The notes: a model not told the origin generated them from the sequence alone. A stretch of DNA of 64,000 nt from Balanoglossus misakiensis (GCA_040954595.2 CM082578.2:13608304-13672303), one strand, 5' to 3'; positions 1 through 12,241 are shown, numbered from the stretch's first letter. Numbers and translations are program-made.

Positions 1-928
1 TAGAAAGTAACAAGTGTCATTTCTCCACTTTAAGAACCTGCAAATATCACGTTAGATTTTAGTCATTTCACACCATGTATAAACGTATAATTGTGTTTGT
101 AAATACCTTACAATGACACCCTCACTCATGCCTTTTCTGTTTGTAATAATACATTGTTGTAGTAGTCCAGGTTTTGTAAGTATTATCTTTGCCCACTGTG
201 TAGCAATCAGTCAGAAATGTTCCAACAGTTCATCTTTGCAGCTGTAATCAAGAAATCTCCGTAAATCACCAAAATACAACTCTTCTCTTGAGTTCGAAAT
301 TTGCCATAGCTGAAGGTGGTGGGGCAAGGCTTTGATAGAAGTTGTTGAGCACTCTGCTGTAATAACATTACACATGCAACTGTCATCTTCAAATAATTCT
401 CTCTTGAAAATAAAACAAGTATTAGAAATGATGGGAAGATACAGTGATGCAGATGATACCCATTTTGGGCTGGAATTGTGAAAAGTTTGGGGAAGAAACA
501 TTTTGACATTTACATAATTTTGACACTTGATTTTGCCAATGGATTGGATTATGCTTTAGGAATTCAATTTTATTTCTATGATACAACTGAAGGTCAGGTT
601 GCATGTGTAATATTGTGATTTCATAAATTGCTCCCCTTGTAATTTGAAGTCAGTCCTTTACTCTTTGTGTATAAGGCATTAGCCTGTTTGCATTTGCTCC
701 TATTTATTATAATTGATAGTCTTAAATTGAAGTAGAAGATAAAAAAATATGTACCTTCATGTAATTCTTGCTTTGAGTGGCTCTTGCTTCAACGTATTCA
801 TAGAGGCATAGTTAATGAATAAAGTAAAAGGAATAAATGATGTTGTTTTCACATACATGCATGTGTTTTATCTTTGGATAAATGTGACCATATGCATATG
901 TGTGAAAATTCTGCCCAAGAATTCCACT

Positions 929-1021
929 TTAACCCTTTCGCCACCATGGTTCAGTCCGAACCCATTGTTTTCTATGGTAAGGTTGGACCTCTAAAGAAGG
1001 AACTGGGGGTGAAAGTGTTAA
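929..1021. mobile_element. piggyBac-like MITE copy 1 (85 bp plus TTAA flanks)
   Basis: TTAA-CCCTTTCGCC...GGTGAAAGTG-TTAA: terminal inverted repeats with TTAA on both sides; near-identical copies at 5366 and 9221. Confidence 0.85.
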
Positions 1022-1063
1022 TTAATGTCACTTCGTGCTAAAGGGACTGTTTTCTCTTTCCAG

Positions 1064-1338
1064 TCCGTCTGCTGGCCAACGGGGGAATCAGTGATGAGCT
1101 GAAAGACCAGCTAGCTGATGCAGCCATGCACACAAACAAAGCCTATGATGCGGTCCGCAGAGGACGAGATCATCATGATGACCTACGTGACCATGGCAAC
1201 GCCTCCTCCAGCTTTGATGCCCTTGGAGGAAATGATAACAAAGACGATGACCGAGGGATGAGTCCAGAAATTGTTGTCATGCAACCGATACTCAGATTCT
1301 TGCAACTTTTGTGTGAGAATCACAATAGAGACTTGCAA
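1064..1338 (+). CDS. ITPR: ITPR exon ([16 protein letters not shown]...[10 protein letters not shown])
   Basis: tttccag acceptor, CAA|gtgagt donor; starts in phase 1. Confidence 0.93.
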
Positions 1339-4300
1339 GTGAGTAAATGAAGTCTGTCAACTTCTATCGAGACTGCTAGAGCCTGTTTGTGTCATGCAAT
1401 CAGCTGTTCCTCTAGTGATAAAAATATGGTGTGTTGTTTGCTGCTACACTTCACAGATTGCTACGCTCCTCATTCAGAATTTTGAAGGTGACACTAATTT
1501 TTATTCTCAACAGAAGAGTCCCATTATCATAAAACAAACTTATAGCTTCTCCTGTACCTGGTTTCTCTATTTTCTCTATCTCTATTTCTCTCTAACAGAA
1601 CTACTTAAGAAGTCAAAACAATAAAGCCAATTACAACCTCGTTTGTGAGACGCTGCAGTTCCTGGATTGCATATGTGGAAGCACAACGGGTGGACTGGGT
1701 CTGCTTGGACTTTACATCAATGAATTCAATGTAGCATTGATCAACCAGACCTTGGAAAGTCTGACTGAGTACTGTCAGGGTCCTTGCCACGATAACCAGG
1801 TATGCTTTGAAGATAAATGTTTTTTGTCCTTCATGGTAGTTGTTTGGGCTGCTAAGTTAAGATGGAGTCTTTCCTGATCATTTTAATCATACAACGGTTG
1901 GAGTGTATTAAAGCATAGAAAATCAGTGATGTTCATCTGTCAAAGAACAACGATTAGACTTAAACCTTTGTAGCAAATGTTTCTGTTCAACTTATGCACA
2001 CAGAAGAGAATGTTAATCTTACCCTCACACCACAATTTATTATGGTGACCACTAAGATCCTAGTGTCATGAGCGCTATTTTCATCATTGCAGAATGCCAT
2101 TGCCAGCCATGAATCCAATGGTATTGATATTATCATAGCTTTGATTTTGAATGATATCAACCCACTTGGTAAGCACAGGATGGATTTAGTGTTAGAACTC
2201 AAGGTAAGAAACTGTCTATGCTTGGATCTAGGTTAACATTGTACATGTAGGCAGTCAGATTGTATTACGTACAGTCAGAAATATTTCCAATTAAAATATG
2301 CAGTAAAGTATAAGCACTTGAATTTCTGATATTTAATAAGTTCATATAAATTGAGTTCATAATTCAAAGTTGAAAATTCACTGATGATTTCTTTTTCAGA
2401 ATAATGCATCCAAGTTGTTACTTGCCATAATGGAGAGCAGACATGACAGTGAGAATGCAGAGAGGATCCTTTTCAATATGAGTCCAAAACAACTGGTAAG
2501 GATACACAGATGTGTTCTAGTCTTCCTGCACGCGATGAAGTCTCATCCCAAACTCAAGCAACTTTCTGATTGACGGAGAGTCTGTTTCTTGCCAAATACA
2601 TGTACTTCCTTGAGTACTTGCTTGCATTACTGAACAGTACTGTCCATTTGATTCCGAATACAGTCCCATTCCAAACAAGATGGTGCTAATCCGAGAATAA
2701 GACCATGCACCTATAGATAGAGTGGTACCCCACTTCTCTCCTATAGTACCACTAATACTAATGTCTAATTGCAGGTTGATGTCATCAAGCAAGCCTACAT
2801 GCAAGAAGACTTAGAGGAAGATAATGAGGAAGAAGAGATAACAGATGATGATGATGGTGGCCCAGCATCTCCCAGAGAAGTTGGACACAATATTTACATT
2901 CTAGCTCATCAGGTGGGTGACTGAGTAATATCCAAAGGGTCTTCCACACATGCCTTTCTTCCAATAACAAATACACGTATTGAAGTGCTAAGCCTTTCGA
3001 TAAAGCCTTTATATGTGTATGTTCTCTATTCCACAGCTTGCACAGCACAACAAAGAGCTGGCAGAAATGTTGAAACCATCCAACTGTACAGATTATGGAA
3101 AGCAAGCGTTGGATTACTATGCAAAGCATACAGCTCAAATTGAGGTAGGACTCGTCTGGGCTTTTATCACCTTCTACCCAGACACTCCCATCTTCCTTTT
3201 CATTCATAATCAACTAAACTACCCATCAGACAATCTCCAAGTTCCCTCGAATTGTATTCCAGTGCTGTTCTATGCTCTGGTGTGGGTAAGTCCCTTGGCA
3301 TTTAACCTTTGAATTTACTTGGTTCAACAGATCGTTCGTCATGACCGTACAATGGAGCAGATAGTATTCCCAGTTCCCCAGGTATGCGAGTATCTGACGA
3401 AGGAAACACAGCACAACATTTACAATACTGCAGAGAGAGACGACCAAGGAAGTAAGGTGTCAGACTTCTTTGAGAGGACCGATGATCTCTTCATGGAAAT
3501 GAAGTGGCAAAGGAAACTCCGAGGTGAGTTGGCTGTGTCCTTTGGTGCCACAGTTCTGTCATTAGAAACCTCTGTGAAGCAGGACTGAAGGAAAATGAGT
3601 TATTTCGTCTGTAAGTAGTAGACTTATGTTTTGTGGTGGAGTTTTGTGAAAGTATCAATGTATTGTATTCTTTTCTCTGACCAGCACAACCCTTACTGTA
3701 CTGGTTCAGCAGTAACATGTCCCTGTGGAGCACCATCTCGTTTAATCTAGCAGTTCTTGTTAATCTGCTGGTGGCATTCTTCTATCCATTCAATGAAGGA
3801 GCTCGGGGTAAGATTTTCTGTCATTCTCTGGAGCCTTCTTTGCATATGTATGGTAGCAGTTGTGGGTTTTCATTGACTCATTGAAATGTAATACTTTTAT
3901 ACACATATCAAAGTTAAATTGTTCCTCATCAACCATGGCACACTGCTCTCAAAACATGAAAAAGTTTGACTCACACGTGATGGTTGTATTTTTGAATATC
4001 TAGTGCTTATGAACCCAGCTGAAATCTATTGTGTTTGATTATAGCAATTTGACACATTACACATTGCTAACAATTTCTCTTTTCATTTCATATCCTCTCT
4101 AACAGAGTTAGATATGAGACTGTCAGGTCTTGTATGGACAGCCATGATTGTATCTTTAGCAATAGTAATCACGTTGCCAAGGCAGTCTGGGATACGAACA
4201 CTTGTTGCATCAACAGTACTAAGATTAATATTCTCTGTAGGGTTAGAACCTACACTATGGTTATTAGGAGCAATAAATGTAAGTCTGCATGTTTCTGTGT

Positions 4301-7300
4301 TTGTAGATTCATCGTCACCATCTTCAGGTTAAGCCTGATCTGTAGAATGATTTTACAGCAAGATTTATTAAAGCTGTCCAGAGGGAATGTGTACTCAGAA
4401 ATGTCTTCAAGCAAACCTCTCTCAATTTTCTTAATTGTGTCAACTTACAATGTGCATTTGTTACCATAGGTACTCAACAAAGGTGTATATCTAGTCAGTT
4501 TCCTTGGTAACCGAGGAACTTTCAACAAAGGAATGAAAGCTATGCTGATGGACATGGAGTTTCTCTATCATGTATTCTATCTTATTATCTGTGTGCTGGG
4601 ACTCTGTGTCCATGAATTTTTCTACAGTATTTTGGTGAGTTTTCTGATCTACCTCTGTTGGATTAATATTGTTAATATTTTAGCATTAACTTCCTCCAGA
4701 ACAGTTAGCTTTGTTTGTGAGATAATGGTTACATTGAGCATCTTCAATGAATTCAAGTGGTATATTTTGATTATGATTCTAACTTTTGTCCGCAGTTACT
4801 TGATGTGGTGTACCAGGAAGAGACTTTGCTGAATGTGATGAGATCAGTCACACGTAACGGTCGTTCTATTGTCTTGACTGCTGTCTTGGCAGTCATTCTG
4901 GTCTACCTCTTCTCAATTGTTGGATTCCTCTTTTTCCAAGATGATTTCTTGATTGAGGTAGAAGAACTGCCAAAACCAAAACTTATTAATGCAGGTGAGA
5001 AAATACAAATCATGTTTTTATGTATTCCATCCTATTGATGTTGCTCCATTTGAGGCTGCATGGCCATTTTAACAATGTTTAGATTAAAATGATCTTTTTC
5101 TATTATGATGCATTTGAGAGATTGATTACATGTTGCTTGTGCATTGTGCATTGTAGGCAGTGCAGCCAAAGCTGCTATGTCTGGAAGTGGCGGTTTAGCT
5201 GGTGCTGTTATTGGTGCTACAACCACAATGCTTGGTGCTGCAGGCTCATCCAAGATGGCCGAGGAATCAGAGGAGGTGTGCATGGCTGCTAAATGTGATG
5301 AGGAAGTGCAGAATATTGACAAACTGGTCAACACAATCAACGCTACAAGTAAGCAATGGCAAACTTTACTCCTTTCACCACCATGGTTCAGCCCAAAGCC
5401 ATTGTTTTCTATGGAAAGGTTGGACCTCTAAAGTGGGAACTGGGGGTGAAAGGGTTAATGCTGTGCTTCATATTCAGTTGTGTGTTTACATTCAATAGTC
5501 GATGACTGTCAGAGGCATTACATCAGAACAAAGCAGTTTTCACATTTTTGTCCAGTTCTTTTGTGATACATTTTCAATTCAAGATTACCATCTGATAGCC
5601 ATTTCTGTTTTGATTCTTTATGTTACCACGCACTATTCATATAGAATGTATGGACTGGGCTCTTTTACAGTTTCAGATAAAACACTGAACCCTGAGGATT
5701 ACACAGAGGGAGCCTCAAAGGATGAGGCGGGTGTCATTAGGGAGGAGGAGGAGGAGCCAGAGGAGAGTGAGGAAGAAGACAATGGAAAAGTGAGAGCGTG
5801 TGATACATTGATCATGTGTATAGTGACTGCCATGAATCAAGGATTACGGAATGGTGGGGGTATCGGTGATGTACTCAGACCGCCCTCTAACAAGGTATGT
5901 ACCATCACATATCCGTGATTGTGTTTTCCATGATAGTTTAGTTCACTGAGGGTTCCAGAAGCATATAGCAAGTGAAAAGGAAAGCGTATTCTTTGATGTT
6001 TTAACGCCCTCTATAGTTTACATGTAAGAATATCCTTTGTTTTGTATTCAATCACTACAATTACATTGTATCTGTTTTTGTCTCTTCACAGGAGCCATTG
6101 TTTGTTGCCAGAGTGGTGTATGATCTTCTGTTCTTCTTTGTCATCATCATTATTGTCCTCAACCTCATCTTTGGTGTCATCATTGATACTTTTGCTGATT
6201 TGAGAAGTGAAAAACAACAGAAAGAAGAAATCCTCAAGAACACTTGCTTCGTCTGTGGTGTGTATTCACTCTAAAATTGACAGACTGTAATTACAGAAAT
6301 AAACTTTGCATATGCAGTACTCCAACGGTGCATTTTGAGTGTCCTCTCCCTTGTTTCAGTTCAGTTCATTTTCCAAAACGAAATTAGCCACTGAAGAATA
6401 CTGGCTACACGTGCCAGGTTGGAATAATGGAAATGTAATACACTAACTCCCAGATTTCTGTTGCATTGTGTTGCAGGTTTGGACAGAGCAGCATTTGACA
6501 ACAAAACTGTCACTTTCGAAGAGCATTTCAAAGAAGAACACAACATGTGGCATTATTTATACTTCATTGTTCTGGTGAAGGTCAAAGATCCTACAGAGTT
6601 CACAGGACCTGAGAGTTATGTCTATGCCATGGTCAAGGTTAGTTACTCTTCTTCACATTGATGCAAGGGAAACTTGATCAGTTGAAATCAGATCAGTCTT
6701 TTTTGAGATATTATTGATTTACACAGTCAGACAAAACATAAGGCCATGTATGAAGACGAATTGTAAATTCGCAATTTGGGATGTACAATGTACCTTGTAT
6801 GTCTCAACAGTACACATTAGCCATTCAACAGCCTTTCCGAGAAATTGCCTGAGTGAACCAACAGACCGTGAAGGTGATGTTTGTCTCTTTCATCTTTATA
6901 AAACCAGACAAAATGTTGTGAAAATGTCAGACAAGATGTTGTCAAAATGTGAAGTGTTGGATATATGGTGGTAATGGAGTGGTAAAGATGATGGTAGCTT
7001 CATGCAACACTAAACAGCAGCTGAGCTTTGTGGTATACATAGTACACACTTGGTGAATACCAAAATACAATATGAAATTACTATATTGCATGCGATCTGA
7101 ATGGTGATGGTGTTTGGTTAACAAAAAATGATTACATTAAAGTGATCAGTTAGGTATTAATCACTCAATTTTAAAATATGTAATTACCATGGCATTCAGT
7201 CACAATTAGTTACAGTTAGTTGTATGGTAGTCCCACTTAGTAAATTTAAGATTACAGATAACCTACAGTAACATTACCAGTGTTTACATGGCTTCCAGTC

Positions 7301-10300
7301 ACGTCACTGCCTTCATTTGGATACAGCTGCTTCTGTTTTGCCCTCTAGATTATAAATCTAATCAAAGTTTATTCTCCAACATCAAAACGGATTAATTTAT
7401 GTTTTGAAGTGATGTATGCACGATGCCATGATGTCTCTGAACAAATTGCCGCTACAGTAGTCAGCGAGAATTTGATTTCAGAAAATATTAGCCTTGTGGG
7501 GATTGAACCATAACAAACATCAGCAGATGTATCTGTCAGCATGATCAAGTCATATTCTGTATGCTTAGCACTTTCTCAGAGAATCTTTTCATTGAAAATA
7601 ATGTCAATTTTCCATTTGGCATTAACTTATTCTCATTTTCTGGGCGATGGACACATAAGAAAAAGAGATAGTCATGCATGGAGACTGCAACATTACAAAC
7701 TGAAGTTGTGATGTAAAAATCAAATTAAATTGTTTATCATCCTGTCTATCATGGTTGTTTGTCTTGCGATTTAAGGACTCTCTGCTGAATCATCGAGTAT
7801 TATTAACCTTATGGCGGCCCAGTCTTTGTGTTTCTCCATTTTACCTATAATTGTGTTTCAGTTCACACGTATACCTCAGGGAGATGTGTAGCCTTCTGAC
7901 TTGACTCATCCAAGCATTTTGTAAGAAAAATCTCCACGGAGGACATGTAGTGCCGTAAAATGTTATGACCACAGATCTTATCTGACAAAGAGCAAGGGCA
8001 GGACAAAATGCAAAGCGGGGATATGTGACTGATTGAGTGTATCCATTCTGTATTCAGTTCTATATCAAGGTGGACGTGTCCACTGCAAGCTGAATCACTT
8101 GCGCATAACAAATCGAAGTGTTTGATGTTTCTGCCTACACGGCACTTCCATTACTGAGACAATTTCCGAGGTATTTACATGTAATTGTAACTTGTCAACT
8201 CACCGGCGCATGCCTTCAGGGTGTGCAGTAACTCACCAGACGCAAGACACGCCATCACCTCCAAATTGTCAGCGCCATTTATAGCGTCAAATTTATATGT
8301 GGTCTGCCCTGCATCAACCATATCCTTTGAATGCTTCATTTGCCTTCATAGTGGTGAACAAATCTGCAAACAAATACCCTGCTAGTTGTCCGTATATTGA
8401 CAAGGAAATCACTACCTTGCCTGGAGCGGTTAGAATCAATTTATTCTGATAGGGATTCTGTGCACAGAGGTAGCATGGTCCAGTGCAAACATGCAGGTAT
8501 ATTATCATGGGGGATATGTCTGCTAAACCCAATCTGATGCAGAAAAAAAATTCTCCACTGTATAACATACGAGTATATACCCTTATGGGAAAGAACAGGC
8601 AGTCTGTGTATATTCAGAAATTATTGATAACTGAATTATTTTCATCTATCGGTAGTCCGTCCCTGTAAATAATACTTGACAGAACCCTAAAAAATAAAAT
8701 GAGATTGAACTGGCTGGTCAGCTCATACACAGCGAATTATTTCTCCCCATCCCTCCCTGAAATTGCATTTATAGAAACCCTTACTTGATTGAGAGAACTG
8801 ATCACCGTAAACTCATTTTCAGAGTGCATTGATACTGACATTTCACTGGAATACTCACAATAGTGACAATCACCCAGTGTAATTTAACCTGACGTAGACA
8901 GAGTAACATTTCCTGCTCGGATAATTACTTTTGAATGGACTGGTGGGAAAGCCTTGATCCTTGCTTCATCATCAGTCTGCAAATGTTCAGTAATGTTTTC
9001 ATCTGTGCTGATAACGTTCTTTCAGTCACAAAGAGTCAACATAGTGTTATCATCAATCTTAATGCTGTATTCCTTCATATATTGTTTGATCTGTGTCGCT
9101 GAGGGAAAAAGGACATCTCAATCCCAAGTACATATGCCCTGGATATTGAAACCATAAAATGGAAATCCTTGTCAAATGAGTGCTTCAAGAGTATAATTGT
9201 AGCATGTGCTCAAAGACAGTTTAACCCTTTTCACCCCCAGTTCCCTCTTTAGAGGTCCAACCTTACCATACAAAACAATAGTTTGGACTGAACTATGGTG
9301 GTGAAAGGGTAAAATAGAATGCACATCTGTTGCTTCATATGCTGCAGATGAATTAATTTCTTCATAAATGAGAAATGTCAACATACTGTACATTCTTTTT
9401 TCAATTTGTCTCACAGGATAAAAATCTGGAGTGGTTTCCACGTATGCGTGCGATGTCACTAGCAGCAGATGAAGGCGAAGGGGAACAGAATGAATTGCGT
9501 AATCTCCAAGCTCAGCTTGAAAGTACAACCAAATTGGTGCAGACATTATCAGCACAACTTACAGAGCTCAAAGATCAGGTAAACCCCAAATATCTGGTCA
9601 TGGCTTACTGGCAGAAATCAGTCATCAATCTAAAGTGCTGGAGTGTGTGTAATGTTTGGATTTTACCTTAGAGATCATGTCTTGACTGAATTTATCCCAG
9701 TGATTCAGTGCATGGGGACTATAGCATTGACAATGACATAAACCTGCAGGGTGAAATGATGCTATGGTGCTAGGTACATGTAAACAGAAGGACAAGCTTG
9801 AACAGTTAAAAGTACAGTACAAGTTATCATCAAATAACGAAGGCTATGTCTTAGCTTTCATCTCATGCCACCAGTCACTTGACATCTGACCTTTGTTGCC
9901 TGGCCAACAAGTTTTGAATTATGGCAAATTCAGCCAAGCACATAATGAAATTTGTACTGCCTATATGTCATGAGACCTGCACAGTAAAAGATGCTACTAG
10001 GTGAATGTTGATTGCATAAACCAGTCTGCTGTGAAGGCTAAATGCTATCATCATGCGACACCATTTTCAAGGTGGTCATGAGAGTATGAAGCAGAGCCTT
10101 TTAGGCTCTGGTTCATCACGATCATACTCATAGATATCTTTCTTTTGTGGTGTCAACAGTACTTTTTTCTATGTGTGCCAGAATATTTGTAGGTCACGAC
10201 TGCATAAATTGCAATTCTCAAGACATACTCATCACTGAATGTTTCTACTGATTTCATGGATGTAGATGGAGTAGTCTTTCCCACAAGACAAGTTTTAGTG

Positions 10301-10561
10301 TAACACAGGAGTGTATATGTTAATCTGAGAGCCAACTGGAATACGAATTAAGCAAACAAACACAAATTTGTACTCACTATTGACGCATCAAGATTGCTAA
10401 TTTAATTATCTTACCCATCCACCAAGCTCATATCAACTGAACTCGATTTGATTATAATGATGTTTTCTGCATTGAATTACTCCTAGATGACAGAGCAACG
10501 TAAACAGAAGCAACGAATTGGACTCCTCAGCACACCAACAATGCCCATGAATGCCCCTTGA
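1064..10561 (+). CDS. ITPR: Inositol 1,4,5-trisphosphate receptor, 3' part (17 coding exons, 5'-partial): RIH-associated domain, transmembrane/pore region, zinc-binding linker, C-terminal coiled coil
   Basis: Exons join in frame through GT-AG introns and give hallmark IP3R peptides: [123 protein letters not shown]. Confidence 0.98.
1599..1799 (+). CDS. ITPR: ITPR exon ([21 protein letters not shown]...QGPCHDNQ)
   Basis: taacag acceptor, CAG|gtatg donor; 201 nt open frame. Confidence 0.96.
2093..2203 (+). CDS. ITPR: ITPR exon ([14 protein letters not shown]...DLVLELK)
   Basis: tgcag acceptor, AAG|gtaag donor; 111 nt. Confidence 0.96.
2400..2495 (+). CDS. ITPR: ITPR exon ([32 protein letters not shown])
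   Basis: tttttcag acceptor, CTG|gtaag donor; 96 nt. Confidence 0.96.
2775..2912 (+). CDS. ITPR: ITPR exon ([11 protein letters not shown]...[15 protein letters not shown])
   Basis: tgcag acceptor, CAG|gtggg donor; 138 nt. Confidence 0.95.
3037..3144 (+). CDS. ITPR: ITPR exon (LAQHNKEL...[10 protein letters not shown])
   Basis: ccacag acceptor, GAG|gtagg donor; 108 nt. Confidence 0.95.
3331..3523 (+). CDS. ITPR: ITPR exon ([16 protein letters not shown]...EMKWQRKLR)
   Basis: caacag acceptor, G|gtgagt donor; 193 nt. Confidence 0.96.
3685..3807 (+). CDS. ITPR: ITPR exon, first transmembrane helix ([35 protein letters not shown])
   Basis: ccag acceptor, G|gtaag donor; 123 nt, phase 1-1. Confidence 0.95.
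4106..4278 (+). CDS. ITPR: ITPR exon, transmembrane region ([13 protein letters not shown]...TLWLLGAIN)
   Basis: taacag acceptor, AAT|gtaagt donor; 173 nt. Confidence 0.95.
4470..4634 (+). CDS. ITPR: ITPR exon ([18 protein letters not shown]...HEFFYSIL)
   Basis: ccatag acceptor, TTG|gtgagt donor; 165 nt. Confidence 0.95.
4796..4994 (+). CDS. ITPR: ITPR exon with TM5 ([25 protein letters not shown]...FFQDDF)
   Basis: cgcag acceptor, G|gtgaga donor; 199 nt. Confidence 0.96.
5157..5348 (+). CDS. ITPR: ITPR luminal-loop exon ([20 protein letters not shown]...VNTINAT), symmetric and possibly a cassette
   Basis: tgtag acceptor, A|gtaagc donor; 192 nt open frame, phase 1-1, joins both neighbours in frame. 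The sequence is not recognisably conserved. Confidence 0.8.
5366..5458. mobile_element. piggyBac-like MITE copy 2
   Basis: TTAC-TCCTTTCACCACCATGG...GGTGAAAGGG-TTAA; same internal sequence and orientation as copy 1. Confidence 0.85.
5671..5894 (+). CDS. ITPR: ITPR exon: acidic luminal loop, pore helix and selectivity filter ([34 protein letters not shown])
   Basis: ttttacag acceptor (an alternative in-frame AG would start the exon at 5677), AAG|gtatgt donor. Confidence 0.92.
6092..6257 (+). CDS. ITPR: ITPR exon, TM6 and gate ([16 protein letters not shown]...ILKNTCFVC)
   Basis: cacag acceptor, G|gtgtgt donor; 166 nt. Confidence 0.96.
6477..6637 (+). CDS. ITPR: ITPR exon, linker domain ([27 protein letters not shown]...YVYAMVK)
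   Basis: tgcag acceptor, AAG|gttagt donor; completes the CxxC...HxxxxH zinc site. Confidence 0.96.
9221..9313. mobile_element. piggyBac-like MITE copy 3 (inverted orientation)
   Basis: TTAA-CCCTTTTCACCCCCAGTTCC...GGTGAAAGGG-TAAA; reverse complement of copies 1 and 2. Confidence 0.85.
9417..9578 (+). CDS. ITPR: ITPR exon ([15 protein letters not shown]...LTELKDQ)
   Basis: cacag acceptor, CAG|gtaaac donor; 162 nt. Confidence 0.96.
10487..10561 (+). CDS. ITPR: ITPR terminal coding exon ([24 protein letters not shown])
   Basis: cctag acceptor; conserved IP3R C-terminal tail; TGA at 10559-10561. Confidence 0.95.
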   Translation: MTEQRKQKQRIGLLSTPTMPMNAP

Positions 10562-12214
10562 GGCTTTCGGAGAAATGGGACTTGCACGAGAAGTGTGTGA
10601 GATCTCAGATGCAAAATTGAAGAAGTATATGAAGAAAGACCTTGATGTTTTCTATTCAGTGTGCCATGCAGTGCCTTCTTAATATGTTGATATTTATGAA
10701 GACGGAAGATTGTGTGAGACTGACTTCAAAGTTCAACCCAGTGGGCACAGCAGTTTTTCATATTTCTTACAAGGAATACTCCCATGACATTGTGGGCAGG
10801 ATGACTTAGTTTTTGTTAACAGATATTCACCCGTGAGCTGTGTTAAAATGAATTAACCCAATCTTTGCATCTTACCTTGAATTTGTATATTTAATATTTA
10901 AAAAACTGTATATGTGGTATTTGTTGACAGTGAATTTCACTTCTGCCAAATAATGAACATTCACGTCAATTTATCAAGCAAGGACAGGTTACAATTTGCA
11001 TCCAACATGTATGCGCAAATAGTCAGCTGTATGTGAATTCAGAATTATTTATAGAAGTGACAAATATAGGTACCCATAAAATCACATGTTTATTTTCTAT
11101 TTGTGAGGATTTCTGTATACATTTATAAAATGTCTACAAATGTAGACAGGGAATTTGATACTACATGTGCCATCTAAAATGGCCGACACAAAGCAATTGC
11201 GTGGAACTGTCTCCTACATTAATGTCAGCAACATAAGGTAGTGAAATTTAAGTCTCTGTGTACCTTGAAAAAAATCATTGACAAAATTATTACATTGACC
11301 CCTTTTACCACTGAGTTATTTGAAGATGATTTTGTGCATTATCATGTTAAAACATAGCCAATAATGTCACAAATTGCCTCGCACTTTTGTCAGAATATTC
11401 CATATGAAACAAATGCAGGAATGGCCCACTTAGATGCAATTTCAGGTAACAGACTGTGCTGAGAAATGTTAATAAATTGCGCATAAATGTAACAAAATAG
11501 CAGTATTATTTGACAAACAAATATACATTTTGTATGTAAACTTGCCATGATACTCATAATAGCTTGGATATTGTACATTATTTTTGTGATAAACTCAGAA
11601 ATCATTAACAAAAACTAACATGTGTGCAAGGTCAAACTTTAAAGAGGTAAAAATTAATATATTTTGATATACGCAATTCAAATTTAAATTGCAGTAATAT
11701 TTACACAAAATAATGTGTGCAACTTAAATTTTGCTTGAACATAGAATATTTATAGATTTATATGAAATTGACAAATCTGTAATTTAATCCAACCGTTCTT
11801 GTATGCATAGCTGTCAAAGTAGAAATGAATATCAAATAATATTTACTGAGATTTATTTTCAATTTGTGATGCTTTTGGAGGATATGTCACAACAACAGTA
11901 ATGTTTTTATGTATTTCATGATACATGAGTAAGGCTACAAATGATATTTAATCAGGAGAAGTTACTCATCACAATGAAGCCCATTGAAAAAATAGTGACA
12001 TCAGTGAGCAACAGTCTAAATTTGGATAACATAAACTGCCCAGTTGCATTTTGTTGATAGTTTCATAACAGGTCACACTTCTGAATAGCAAACTCTTTAC
12101 AGACAAGAATTTAGAGACCGTTCACAAGGCCATACCTTGATATTTCATATTTTGTGCAAACTTCATATATGTGCTAGAATTATAAATACAAATTAAAAGC
12201 CTTGAGCATTTTTG

Positions 12215-12241
12215 CACACACACACCCACACACACACACAC
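12215..12241. repeat. (CA)n microsatellite downstream of the ITPR stop
   Basis: About 13 CA units with one interruption. Confidence 0.9.

Noticed and set aside
163-181. Possible ITPR microexon (AGs ending at 162, 165, 170 and a GTAAGT donor at 176)
   Set aside because: Candidate lengths of 13, 10 and 5 nt are not multiples of 3, one starts with a stop, and the upstream exon is outside the window.
7496-7511. B-box-like GGTTCAATCCC on the - strand (similar motif near 19362 on +)
   Set aside because: No cloverleaf or properly spaced A box; at most a decayed tRNA-SINE remnant.
6638-9416. Unusually long ITPR intron with short ORFs and an acceptor-like site at 7861
   Set aside because: No IP3R-like or other recognisable peptide; the in-frame reading after 7861 stops within 10 codons; the flanking exons join cleanly.
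10559-10600. Readthrough or selenocysteine at the ITPR TGA stop
   Set aside because: Context is TGA-G, the next stop is 13 codons on, and the C-terminus already ends at the normal IP3R position.
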